Assembly: GCA_041500405.1 (NCBI GenBank)
Contig: JBGQMB010000006.1
Span: 1 to 33,581, forward strand
Source of the DNA: Candidatus Micrarchaeia archaeon
GTDB lineage: Archaea > Micrarchaeota > Micrarchaeia > Anstonellales > J096
DNA: 33,581 bases
Direction: 5' to 3'
The notes under the pieces are model-generated. The model did no database searches and was not told where the DNA came from. It was given only the letters and a program-made list of their open reading frames with translations. Position numbers and translations under genes: made by a program. This document shows, in pieces, positions 26,001 through 33,581 of the stretch (position 1 is its first letter; each line of letters begins with the position of its first letter).

Positions 26001-27483
26001 GAACGAGAATTACACGTCGGATTCCGCATCCTCAACGCTAACAATAGGCAAGCTGAACTCCGCGCTCAGCCTGAACGCGCCGCCTTCTTGGACGGTGAAC
26101 TGGTCCGGCATGACCAACGTCTCGTGCAATGCATCGTCCCTGCTGAACATAAGCCTTTCCAGGAACGGGAGCCCTATCGGAACCGGCATGGGCCACGTGG
26201 AGCAGTATGCGAACCTTTCAGCAGGCTCGTACAACTACTCGTGCAGCATATCCGCAAACGAGAACCACACCGCAAATTCCACATCAAGGGTACTGACAGT
26301 GAACAAGGCCACGCCAACCCTCACGCTGCTGCTTGACGGCAGCGCATCCGACGCGGACATTGACACGGGAGACACGCTTCACATAATCGGCAACGCGACG
26401 AAGCCAACAGGCGGCTACATCGAACTGTACGTTGACAGCGTGCTGTTCAACAGGGGCAACGCCCTATTGTCAAACAGCACATCGTGGTCCTCGTCCGGAA
26501 CGCACACTGTGAAGGTCGTCTTCAATGCGACGCAGAACTACTCCGCGTCGTCCCTGTCTAGGACAGTCACAGTGTCTTCATCAGGAGGGGGGGGCGGCGG
26601 GGGCGGCGGCGGAGGCGCGGGCCTGCCTTACATGAAGATAACCAATTATACCACGTGCAACAACGACAACACCAGCAACGTCAGGGTAGTCGTGGTGTCA
26701 GCGGCAAACAACACTCCGCTGAATCTGGTCACTGTGTTTACGGACTACAACAACATTTACACCGCGTACACGACAGGCTACACGTTCAGGAGCCTTGCCG
26801 ACGGCACGTACACGATACACGCCGAGAAGAACGGATACCACGACGCATCGCTTGCTGTTTCGCTTAACTGCACGCCGCGCACAACAGTCCAGCAGAACCA
26901 GACAGGCGGCGGCACAACAACCCAAAACCAGACAACAGGCGGCACAACAACCCAAAACAAGACAGCAGGAGGAAGCGTAATTGTTGTTTATTCCAGCAAC
27001 GGAACCAACACAAGCGTCAACGTAACGCTGGTTGGCATTGGTTCAAACTACGCGACCTACAAGGTTGACAACCTCACAGGCACAGTGCGCGTAAACGTGG
27101 GCCAGAACCTCAGCATTGACATTGACAACGACGGGAAACCTGATATCTACATAAAGCTCAATGGAGTCACAAGCAACTCCACCTCAGCAATAATAGACGC
27201 GATACGCGCGCCATTGGCAGGGCAGGGCGCGTGCATTGTTGACAATGACATATGCGCAACTGGCGAGGAATGCTGTTCAAAGCAATGCGTGAACGAGGTC
27301 TGCACGTCCGGCATCAACATAGATGGCATAATAAACCCTATCAAGAGCCTGGCAAAGGAGATGGCAGACAACCTGCCCCAGGTGCTTGCGGCACTGCTGA
27401 TTCCGCTTGTTTTGTTTGCAATAGCGATAGTCGCAGGGTATTTCCTGTTCCTGAGGAAAGGGATTGAAAAGAAGCGCAAGTGA
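20011..27483 (+). CDS. Giant (2490 aa) membrane-anchored S8 subtilase surface protein with Ig-like repeats
   Basis: Signal peptide ending SAAFA, PPC-like domain (DAYETDND..DVDYVKF), I9-like propeptide, catalytic triad ILDTG / GHGSHVAG / GTSMATPHVSG, repeated DTT.P Ig-like units, poly-Gly linker, C-terminal TM and KKRK tail. Confidence 0.92.
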   Translation: MQSGTVNLRYAIVLILVFASAAFAAPSIDFVGPTPNDAESIAYNNVTINVSVTENVTACLLDINYANITPPVLMTAYNADANTTANFTLYVLPAGQYEYNVNCTNMTGDSNQTANRTFIVLEGMGAFILPQTPDSFFFPGTEPEINISVNATSPGSNISFVTADFSNLSASACDGAPIFNLTNSSGLWIGSCNISAISIPAGTYPYGATVTAIAYDLLSRQAQNTTVVLLHNLGVPASNDPSNCTRFGSETTNFSTVPNFGAVNFVVDYEMNLTCTSSLIANPNFTDGATINLTSVNLSTKESADKLANLSSAINVTIGQPGTFSISRIYVNTTYFQELNTNAIITLFNLPFISQPIVRADNASRKGSISVTSWTPTNLSLITGDVFFTGTLRFSVSGFSGYNVSENVSPSISIASPANGNQTNLTSILVNVTVNGTGTEPSLIIITINSSPQQSFIYNATNGSVTDNTANCANTTADGEVLRCLRNSTALAIGSYSLTVLAYDFAFPEPGNNATASSVFEIAYNPDAYETDNDSSSAKWILTNRTLQLHNFHSTTDVDYVKFNATAGYTYDILANATATGFPDTEMAVYDVNGTWLYYSDDIVLTVNQNSEIWFKAPYNGTFYVAVDEWSGIAGGNYTLSVQKLGIMTATITNITRTAMKNGVSFNVTVNATCVGGPCGAVQAALDPILEGANKRQKDIIAAAESGPVNVIVTLKEPATKLKTRENIYATQSAVLSSIPDADSNFKVKNRYTIVNAFSGTATAEGIKALLKNPNVASVRLSRTYHTALDVSVPLIGAKSVWNITANGVNINGTGQTVCILDTGMNYTHPDFGSCTLDDIITNYNCSKVVSGYDFVNDDSDFMDSNDGHGGTAALGHGSHVAGIVGSIDSVYRGVAPGAKIAMVKVCDSNNTCSDTNIALGIDWCMNNSAAYNISAISISLGGADCAYGDCDGKPCDDDTLLLASYINAASAANITVSVASGNDYLGESYPAGISQPACVRSAISVGATDDLDAIEGFTNRDQNLDILAPGVGIIATNYAGTHTSKDGTSMATPHVSGAVALISQYFLYNYNRTINPQEMDVLLKTSGKTIWDNAGIVNISHPRLNVLAATIEKGVISTTVGARPFYTTSSNPSNSPCYNNMASGASCVTTWNVRSNGDEGIYRFFAIYGTNYSTYYSTAQNVTIDTTAPNVSLVSPANNNFSASANVTLTFNVTDNFDTNLTCPLYVDGVSKSTFAVQNGTSGNDYTTNYSNGLHVWYANCTDDASNTGTSGTRNFTVDTINPAISIVSPSQAYYPSGVNMLLNISATDTNKDTTWFYTNGTVNITYTVPVTLNFTDGIYNMTAWANDSAGRTNTTNRTFIVDTTAPTISFADPTPNSSTYVTKSYVAINASASDANLANITIRIYNSTGGLRNSSFSNSSASLFANFTGLSNGVYYFNATVYDKVGLYNFTETRNVTVDFTGPAISFVYPSDNTSSLSRDSIIANISAPGADLANLTIYLYDGAGLVNFTNSTSSPLFANFSGLGNGIYYVNATAFDNAGNLNKTETRTITLDTNAPSVALGAPANDSFTSSASVNTSFTAVDALAANTSCKLYTDGTIRANITAANNTLMSQTYNYTAGTHNWSVNCTDFANNTGASDGWNFTVDLANPTISVVSPLLGYYYSNGSILINISANDTNLDTVWFYTNGTNVTYTPPGVPFILGFDDGIYNMTAWVNDSAGRTVSSGFTFTVDTAAPTVAIQSPANDTYNTSNLNLSFTASDTYIEACWYSIDGGSATAISGCANGSAIVGLANGSQCVSVFVNDSAGNTANDTECLTLELAPELIPPVYSALQPSSANYNETYRPNLAYLLNATWTDDTGIGAVLVESNFSGGALALSPVTSLPGNQFEYDTSYLGAGAYIYRWIANDTFNNTNDSMPYRNITIIKADPNATLVISPSWNGTWPYGTTVNCTGAVQVNMTLYRNNNTLASSGFGSAQEIRNLSAGSYNYTCNTSGNENYTSDSASSTLTIGKLNSALSLNAPPSWTVNWSGMTNVSCNASSLLNISLSRNGSPIGTGMGHVEQYANLSAGSYNYSCSISANENHTANSTSRVLTVNKATPTLTLLLDGSASDADIDTGDTLHIIGNATKPTGGYIELYVDSVLFNRGNALLSNSTSWSSSGTHTVKVVFNATQNYSASSLSRTVTVSSSGGGGGGGGGGGAGLPYMKITNYTTCNNDNTSNVRVVVVSAANNTPLNLVTVFTDYNNIYTAYTTGYTFRSLADGTYTIHAEKNGYHDASLAVSLNCTPRTTVQQNQTGGGTTTQNQTTGGTTTQNKTAGGSVIVVYSSNGTNTSVNVTLVGIGSNYATYKVDNLTGTVRVNVGQNLSIDIDNDGKPDIYIKLNGVTSNSTSAIIDAIRAPLAGQGACIVDNDICATGEECCSKQCVNEVCTSGINIDGIINPIKSLAKEMADNLPQVLAALLIPLVLFAIAIVAGYFLFLRKGIEKKRK
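26893..26973 (+). repeat. 30-nt coding tandem repeat (QNQTxGGTTT, about 2.5 units)
   Basis: GGCGGCACAACAACCCAAAAC recurs at 26908 and 26938. Confidence 0.85.
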
Positions 27484-27522
27484 GCCAGGATGTTTTTTAA
27501 AGTCTTGGTGTGAAACCGGCTT

Positions 27523-28476
27523 ATGGCGTCCATTCAATACAGCACGCTAGGCCTCACGCTGAGGATGATGCTCGTAACAGCGCTGGTTTTCGGCATAGTT
27601 GCCGCGGTTTTCGGCATCATACTGGTCTATTCGGGGTTTTCAGGAAGCGGCTCCATCTGGATATGGATGCTGGTCTCGTTTGCGTTCCTTTTTGTCCAAT
27701 GGTATATCGGGCCCATAATAGTAAAATGGTCAACAGGGGCTCGGGAAGTGAAGGAGGGCGCCCTGCCGGAGATAAGGGACATGCTGAAAAGGAACGCCAA
27801 GAAGGCGGGAATACCCGTTCCCAAGCTCTTTCTTGTTGAAAACAGCACCCCGAACGCCTTTGCGTTCGGAAGGACGCAGGGAAGCTCCGCAATAGCGGTG
27901 CACACCGGCCTTTTGAGGGTGCTGAACAAAGACGAGGTTGAGGCGGTCATAGCTCACGAGATAGGCCACATCAGGCACAGGGACGTCCTGGTCATGACGT
28001 TTGCCAGCGCGCTTCCGATAATGCTGTATTATGCCTTCATAATCTTCTTTGGCGGCAGGGACCAAAAGGGTGGCGGCTCATACCTTACGACCATAATAGG
28101 CGCGAATGTTGCAAGCTTCCTTGGCCAGCTTATCGTGCTTGCGGTGTCAAGGGCAAGGGAGTATTACGCGGACGAGTTTTCCGCCTATGCGACCGGCAGT
28201 CCCAAAAACCTTATGATGGCGCTTACGAAAATAAGCTACGCCAACGCGGCTGCGCCCCAGAAAAGCAGTGCAATAAACTCATTTTACATAGCTTCCCCTT
28301 CATCAGGCGAAAGGGACACGATAAACGAGATTGCGTTCATGCTTGGGCGCGGCTCGTCCTTTGCGGAAATACTGGAAAAGGAAAAGGGCAAAGGGACGCT
28401 GATGGAGTTTTTGATGACTCATCCGCTTACCGTGAAGCGGCTGGAACGGCTTTACAGGATAGGAAAGGCCGGCTGA
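27523..28476 (+). CDS. htpX: HtpX-like M48 zinc metalloprotease
   Basis: N-terminal TMs, PNAFAFG, HEIGH zinc motif, SRAREYYAD and THP.TVKR. Confidence 0.93.
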   Translation: MASIQYSTLGLTLRMMLVTALVFGIVAAVFGIILVYSGFSGSGSIWIWMLVSFAFLFVQWYIGPIIVKWSTGAREVKEGALPEIRDMLKRNAKKAGIPVPKLFLVENSTPNAFAFGRTQGSSAIAVHTGLLRVLNKDEVEAVIAHEIGHIRHRDVLVMTFASALPIMLYYAFIIFFGGRDQKGGGSYLTTIIGANVASFLGQLIVLAVSRAREYYADEFSAYATGSPKNLMMALTKISYANAAAPQKSSAINSFYIASPSSGERDTINEIAFMLGRGSSFAEILEKEKGKGTLMEFLMTHPLTVKRLERLYRIGKAG

Positions 28477-28543
28477 GCATCCAGGCTCCCGGCACGTTCC
28501 CCTAGGCGGTATGTTTAAAAACAAAGCGAGGCAAAAGCGGAGC

Positions 28544-31500
28544 ATGGGCATTAGGCACATTCTCCCGCTGCTGCTTGTCTTCGGAATTGTTTTCAGTGCG
28601 TGCATCCCCCTTGACTATTATGACAGGGCGGAAGCCTCGAGCATATCAATCTCGCCCATTGCCACAAACGATGACGGCTCGATAAACTACAGCGTTTCGC
28701 TTTTTGCGACCATCGGCGGGCATAACATACCGGTAAAGGACGCAACAATATTCATCCAGCCCTTCAACAACTCCGGCTTCAGGAAGGAATTCTTGTGCAG
28801 GGCGATAACCGACGAAAACGGGTTTGCGAACTTCACCGCTTCAAAGGCCATGCTGAACAAGACGACTTTCGTTGCGGTGTTCTGCTATTCAGACCCGTCG
28901 CTGACGTGCGCGATAGACGACTGCCTTGTTGTTTTTGGCGCAAACGGCAACATAGCTTACAAGCCGTCCTATGCTGACCCCAACGGAATAGGCATGGATT
29001 CATATGATGACATTGATGCATGCGACGGCGCGTCCGGAAACTGGGGAGAGAACGCATCCGCATTCAACATTACGGGAACAGACGGCTGGGAGCAGGTCAA
29101 CCTTTTCGTGTCATCCTCGATGGTGCTTACAAGAAGCTCCGGAACAAGGGTGCTTTCAAGCTACCAGCTGAGCATATGCATGCCGATTGCGATTTTGCTT
29201 GGCTTGCTCATAGCCAGCATGTTCTATATGGGCATAAACCCGTTTTTCTGGTTTAGCATGGACAGGGCGCAGAAGGCATACATAAGGCCCAACACCCAGG
29301 CAATAAAGTCCTCCGTCAGCGGAGCCATGGGCCAGGCGCAGAGCAAGCTTTCCAGAACCCTCGAAAAGGTAAAAGGGGTATATGGAGCCACCAAGGGTGT
29401 GACTGAAGGAATGGCTGGCGGAAAAGCCAATACCGAAAAGGAAGGCGTTCAAACCACCGAGAAGACAGGCGTTCTCAGGAAGGCCGCAGTTAAGGGCGAG
29501 GCAGCAAAAGCCAAAGGCGAAAAGCCGACCGGTTTCCAGAAGTTTGCCATTGGCTTCGTAAAAGTTGCCACTGGCGTGAGCAATGCCACAAAATGGGTGA
29601 CGGGCCAGAAAATAGCCGAAAAAGGAGGCAAGATTTTAGGGATTGGCGCGGCAGCGGAAAAGTCCCAGAAACTGGTGCCCGTGCTTACCAAAACCGGCGC
29701 CCAAAAAGTGGACAAGACAGGAACTGCTGTAACCAGGCCGTCTATTAACTGGAAAACGTTTGGGCAGGAGATGAAGGCAAACTGGGGCAGCAAGGGCATA
29801 GGCAAGACAATTGGCAAGATCGCACTCAAGGCCCTCGGCGGCATTGCGCTGGGCACAGTCGGCAAGGCCCTGCAGCTTGTTTTCCAGACATTCGGAATCA
29901 CTGCCATAGATGTTAAAAAAATAAGTGGAAAAGAAGTCAAAGCTGAAGTCGATAGGCGGGATAAAGCAGCTTATGAAAAAGCGGTAAAAGACAATCTCAA
30001 GAAGAACCTTCTGGCGGACATGAAGGACAAGCCAGGCTTCAGCCAGGAGCAGTTTGACAAGCGCTCCGATGGCGCAATATCCAAATTTTTTGACTTGAAC
30101 AACAAGATAACCACAATCGACGCCGAGATAGCCCAGCTTAAGGAAAATAACCCGTCAGACAAAAGGATAAAGAAACTCGAAAAAGAGCGAACGGAACTGA
30201 TAAGGGAAAAAGATTCCGTGCTGCCGGACTTTGTCTTAAAATGCCTCCCTGCGCTGGACAAAAGAGTAACCGAGAACAAAAAAGAGATGCAGAATCTTGG
30301 GGACAAGATGGATGCTTTTGGACAAAAAATAGAGAAGAGCAAGGCATTCTCGGCTCTTTCCAAAACGACCAAGGATGTTATTGATGGCCTGCTCAGCAAG
30401 GATTCAATCACGGTCCCTGAATCTGAAAAGCTCAAATCCCAGCTAAGCGGCATCAAGGACGAGAAACTAAAGAGCCAGATTTCCGACATGATTGATATGA
30501 AATTGTCTTACGGCGAAAAGCTGAACGACCAGATGGATCGGATGGACGAAATGCATGCGCCGGTTCATTATGCCCTGAACAGGGAAACGGAATTCCAGGA
30601 AAGGCTGCACAGCATACCCCAGAGCCATATAGGAAACGAGGTGAAGTCGATAGCATTGTCGCTGCACTTGAAAGGAAAGGAAGACGAAGCCAACAAGCTA
30701 ATAGCCGATTTCAAGGATATTGGGAAAAACAAAGGCGACAAGGACGCCCAGAAAGTATCCGTAATTGATGTGCTGGAAACGGTTTTCAAATACCATCCAG
30801 AACTTGCCAACGAAATCACTGCAGCCAACCTGGTCAATGACCTCGAGCGGACATGGAAAATAGGCGACATACAGGAGGGAAAGAACATAAACAACGCGCA
30901 GTTGCAGGTTTGCGACGGCTTTTCTAGCATGTTGAAGGATGGCTATACCATAACGAAGGTAGAATTCACAAAGGAGATAGCAGAGAAAATGAAAACAGGA
31001 GGCATACCTGTCAGCAGCCAGATAGAGATAACAGATAGGAAAGGCAACCTGCTTGACGCAGAAGACAAGGACAACGTCCTGTCGAAATACGGCATCAAGA
31101 ACGATTCTTATTCCTGGGATGCAATAAGCGGCATAAGCACGGCGAAAAGCGGCGTTATCAACGAAAAGGGCCTGACTTACGGCAGGAACGAGGCAATCCA
31201 GGCACAATCTCAACTAATTGTGGACGCCTTCAAACTATTGCATTCCAAAAACCTTGAGGACAGGGCTTCCTCACCCCAGATGGCCGCCTTGGACAATCTT
31301 GCCGGCGTGCTGGGCAGGAACGGCATGGTGCTGGCAGGCTTGTATAGAGACGGCAGCCCTGAAATATATGATGCGGAAGACAAAGCCCATACAAATCCCA
31401 TAAAAATAGAAGATGTGAAGAAAAGGGTGAAAGAGGACTCCTGGACGGATTTCTCCACCGCATCCTCGGAATTTACGGCAATCGACCTTGGAAATATGAA

Positions 31501-33581
31501 AACCACACTCAAGAACAACGGCTATTCCTTCTCAGGCGTGGATTCCGAAGGCAATTTCTTGGTAAAGGACATCAAGACAGGCAAAGCGGTTTCCAATGAT
31601 GACGCAGTCGCGCTGATACATGATCTGAAACTTGACCAAGAACTAGTCACATTGAAAGACGTAAATGTGGCTGGGATTAGGGACTCATTGAAAGGCACAG
31701 GCTTGGCATTCAACGGCATAGACGAAAAAGGGATTATAATCAACAATTCCTCTGGGGGGCGCGTGACAGAAGCTGATGTGGAAAAGACGCTTAAGGAAAA
31801 GGATGCTTCAGAGGGCTTCACGAAAGCATACGCCGCGTTCAATGCGAATTCCAGGGAAATCATAAGGGAAAATGTCATACCCTCCTTCAATCCGGGCCAA
31901 AACGTCGCGGTTCCGTATCAGGATGTCAATGACGCCATGCTCATCAGAGCCAAAGGCACCGAATCAAGGGCAGAAACAGCCTCACAGCTTTTCGATTCCT
32001 TGAAAGGCATGCTGACGTCCAAGGAATCGGCGGAAAACCTGGAGATTCATAAGGAACTTTATGAAAGACTGGAGAAATTCCAGTCTGACGACAAGATGAA
32101 AAACGTCTTCCTTGTCTATAACCCGAACCAAAAGAGGTTCGACCTAGTTGACAAGAGCAACATTGCCTTGCCAGAACCCCTCCCGCCAGATAAGGAAAGC
32201 GCAATCCTGAAGCAATACAAATTTGACAGCATCTCGGAAGCCCAGGCCAGCGTGATGAAGGGCGTAATGGACCAGCAGATCCAGTTCCAGCAGAAGGAAG
32301 GAGGCAGGGAAGCCGGCGCACCCCCCGGAACAGTGTCTCTTTCGTCGCTTTCTTTCATAGTCTCCCATCTTTATGAGAATGAGAAGAATAACCTAGTCAG
32401 CAAAAGCCAAACTGACAAGGAAAACCGCATTTATGAGACAGGAAGCAAGATGAATCTGACTTCGGCATTCCTTTTTGATTTCAATGCCCTATTCGGGAAT
32501 ATAGAACGCTCAAGCCCAACCTCGGTCGCCCTTACAGGGGCTTCTGACGAAATTTTCCATAAATCCGTCGTCAACAAAGACTATGATAAGAACTGTTTGC
32601 GCAATTATTTTGCGGCTGATGTGAAGGAAGAGCTGATTGCCAGCGGAGCGGTCAAGGAGAAGGATGCGGATTATGCGGCATTGGTAGATTATCATAGCTT
32701 CATTAACAATACGGTTTTTTACGGGGCGCTTAGCAGCAATAACACCTATTTCGGCGGAACAGCGAAACCGCCGTCCGCGCCTTATGAGGAACCGCCTCCA
32801 TCCGGACCTGACATGCAGCCAACGCCACAAACGCCCTTGGCACAGCCAAAGCCATCAGAGCCGCCTGAAGAAAAGGAGGAGCAAGTTCCATCATCGGCAT
32901 TAAGGACAAGGTCACTGCGTGCAAAAGAGACAACAGAGCCTGCCAATCAGCCGCCTTCTAAAGAGCCGGAAAGGAAGGAAGAAAGGAAAGCGCCCACGGT
33001 AGTATTCAAGGAGGAACCGGAAACGCCGTCCGCAAAGCCTGAAATAAGGCCGCCGCAGCCTTCGATAAAAGAAGAGGAGCGCAGGCTGGCTGAGGATGCG
33101 CAGTTCCGCGCCCCGGAAACCGCGAAATATGCAGTCCAGCCAAAGAGCAGCCAGGATGCAGTCAACAATTACGCTCTCGAACAATTCTACCCCGAATTCA
33201 AGGATCTTTCTGATCCAGACAAAAGGAAAGTGCGCATTGCACTCAATCTTAGCCCTGAGAATGAGCGCATATCCGTGCCGCAAGAATCACTTAAGTCCGG
33301 CAAAACGCTTTCTCTTAACAAATCCGACTATGATGCGGCGCTTTCTGCCGAGCTTTCGGAATCTCTCGCATCAAAGCTCCATATATCTCCGGAAAGAGAG
33401 CCGGCCCCATCGATGCTGCCGCAGCTGACCAATAAAAAACAAGCTGGGGCAGAACAACAAAGGTGGCCTGATATACCCGAAGTGGCGGCAGAAAAAAAGT
33501 TCGAGAGAGACATGAACAACCCAGAGATAATAAAACAGCAAGTGCAGGAAGCCAAGCGCGAGTATAAGGAAACGTTGGAAA
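28544..33581 (+). CDS. Very large membrane-anchored hypothetical protein, 3'-truncated (>1679 aa)
   Basis: Manual translation MGIRHILPLLLVFGIVFSACIP... stays open to the window end (...AKREYKETLE). TTTAAAAA box 30 nt upstream; an in-frame ATG also exists at 28511. Absent from the ORF track because it has no stop. Confidence 0.88.
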   Translation, partial: MGIRHILPLLLVFGIVFSACIPLDYYDRAEASSISISPIATNDDGSINYSVSLFATIGGHNIPVKDATIFIQPFNNSGFRKEFLCRAITDENGFANFTASKAMLNKTTFVAVFCYSDPSLTCAIDDCLVVFGANGNIAYKPSYADPNGIGMDSYDDIDACDGASGNWGENASAFNITGTDGWEQVNLFVSSSMVLTRSSGTRVLSSYQLSICMPIAILLGLLIASMFYMGINPFFWFSMDRAQKAYIRPNTQAIKSSVSGAMGQAQSKLSRTLEKVKGVYGATKGVTEGMAGGKANTEKEGVQTTEKTGVLRKAAVKGEAAKAKGEKPTGFQKFAIGFVKVATGVSNATKWVTGQKIAEKGGKILGIGAAAEKSQKLVPVLTKTGAQKVDKTGTAVTRPSINWKTFGQEMKANWGSKGIGKTIGKIALKALGGIALGTVGKALQLVFQTFGITAIDVKKISGKEVKAEVDRRDKAAYEKAVKDNLKKNLLADMKDKPGFSQEQFDKRSDGAISKFFDLNNKITTIDAEIAQLKENNPSDKRIKKLEKERTELIREKDSVLPDFVLKCLPALDKRVTENKKEMQNLGDKMDAFGQKIEKSKAFSALSKTTKDVIDGLLSKDSITVPESEKLKSQLSGIKDEKLKSQISDMIDMKLSYGEKLNDQMDRMDEMHAPVHYALNRETEFQERLHSIPQSHIGNEVKSIALSLHLKGKEDEANKLIADFKDIGKNKGDKDAQKVSVIDVLETVFKYHPELANEITAANLVNDLERTWKIGDIQEGKNINNAQLQVCDGFSSMLKDGYTITKVEFTKEIAEKMKTGGIPVSSQIEITDRKGNLLDAEDKDNVLSKYGIKNDSYSWDAISGISTAKSGVINEKGLTYGRNEAIQAQSQLIVDAFKLLHSKNLEDRASSPQMAALDNLAGVLGRNGMVLAGLYRDGSPEIYDAEDKAHTNPIKIEDVKKRVKEDSWTDFSTASSEFTAIDLGNMKTTLKNNGYSFSGVDSEGNFLVKDIKTGKAVSNDDAVALIHDLKLDQELVTLKDVNVAGIRDSLKGTGLAFNGIDEKGIIINNSSGGRVTEADVEKTLKEKDASEGFTKAYAAFNANSREIIRENVIPSFNPGQNVAVPYQDVNDAMLIRAKGTESRAETASQLFDSLKGMLTSKESAENLEIHKELYERLEKFQSDDKMKNVFLVYNPNQKRFDLVDKSNIALPEPLPPDKESAILKQYKFDSISEAQASVMKGVMDQQIQFQQKEGGREAGAPPGTVSLSSLSFIVSHLYENEKNNLVSKSQTDKENRIYETGSKMNLTSAFLFDFNALFGNIERSSPTSVALTGASDEIFHKSVVNKDYDKNCLRNYFAADVKEELIASGAVKEKDADYAALVDYHSFINNTVFYGALSSNNTYFGGTAKPPSAPYEEPPPSGPDMQPTPQTPLAQPKPSEPPEEKEEQVPSSALRTRSLRAKETTEPANQPPSKEPERKEERKAPTVVFKEEPETPSAKPEIRPPQPSIKEEERRLAEDAQFRAPETAKYAVQPKSSQDAVNNYALEQFYPEFKDLSDPDKRKVRIALNLSPENERISVPQESLKSGKTLSLNKSDYDAALSAELSESLASKLHISPEREPAPSMLPQLTNKKQAGAEQQRWPDIPEVAAEKKFERDMNNPEIIKQQVQEAKREYKETLE

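Noticed and set aside
27523..28476. HtpX as the CaaX protease for the ankyrin tails
   Set aside because: It looks like ordinary HtpX (M48B), not Ste24 (M48A), and there is no linkage evidence.
28795..33555. Many short ORFs listed by the track in the last 5 kb
   Set aside because: All overlap the single uninterrupted plus-strand frame starting at 28544.
19754..33581. tRNA-anchored integrated element
   Set aside because: No integrase and no second copy of the tRNA 3' end seen in the window; downstream genes look native.

Overview
Archaeal chromosomal window of about 50% GC. It carries TBP, aRF1, Rpo4/RpoF, eL21, DUF655, family-B polymerase and Rad50. The compact, mostly leaderless TATA-ATG gene layout and many orphans suggest a DPANN archaeon, probably Micrarchaeota-like (inference). 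Core genes are interleaved with accessory material. Five ankyrin-repeat paralogues in two clusters share basic N-terminal leaders; four share a fixed 33-nt promoter pattern and three share a C-terminal F-x3-F-x2-C motif. A dCMP-type deaminase sits inside one cluster. There is also a three-copy palindromic REP-like repeat, tRNA-Thr(CGT), a ZIP transporter, a 2490-aa membrane-anchored subtilase surface protein and HtpX. A >1679-aa membrane-anchored ORF is missing from the ORF track because it runs off the window end. No integrase, transposase, reverse transcriptase or CRISPR array was seen. The best candidate for a new system is a co-regulated set of leader-tagged ankyrin/enzyme proteins plus giant envelope proteins, possibly for host interaction; this is a hypothesis only.
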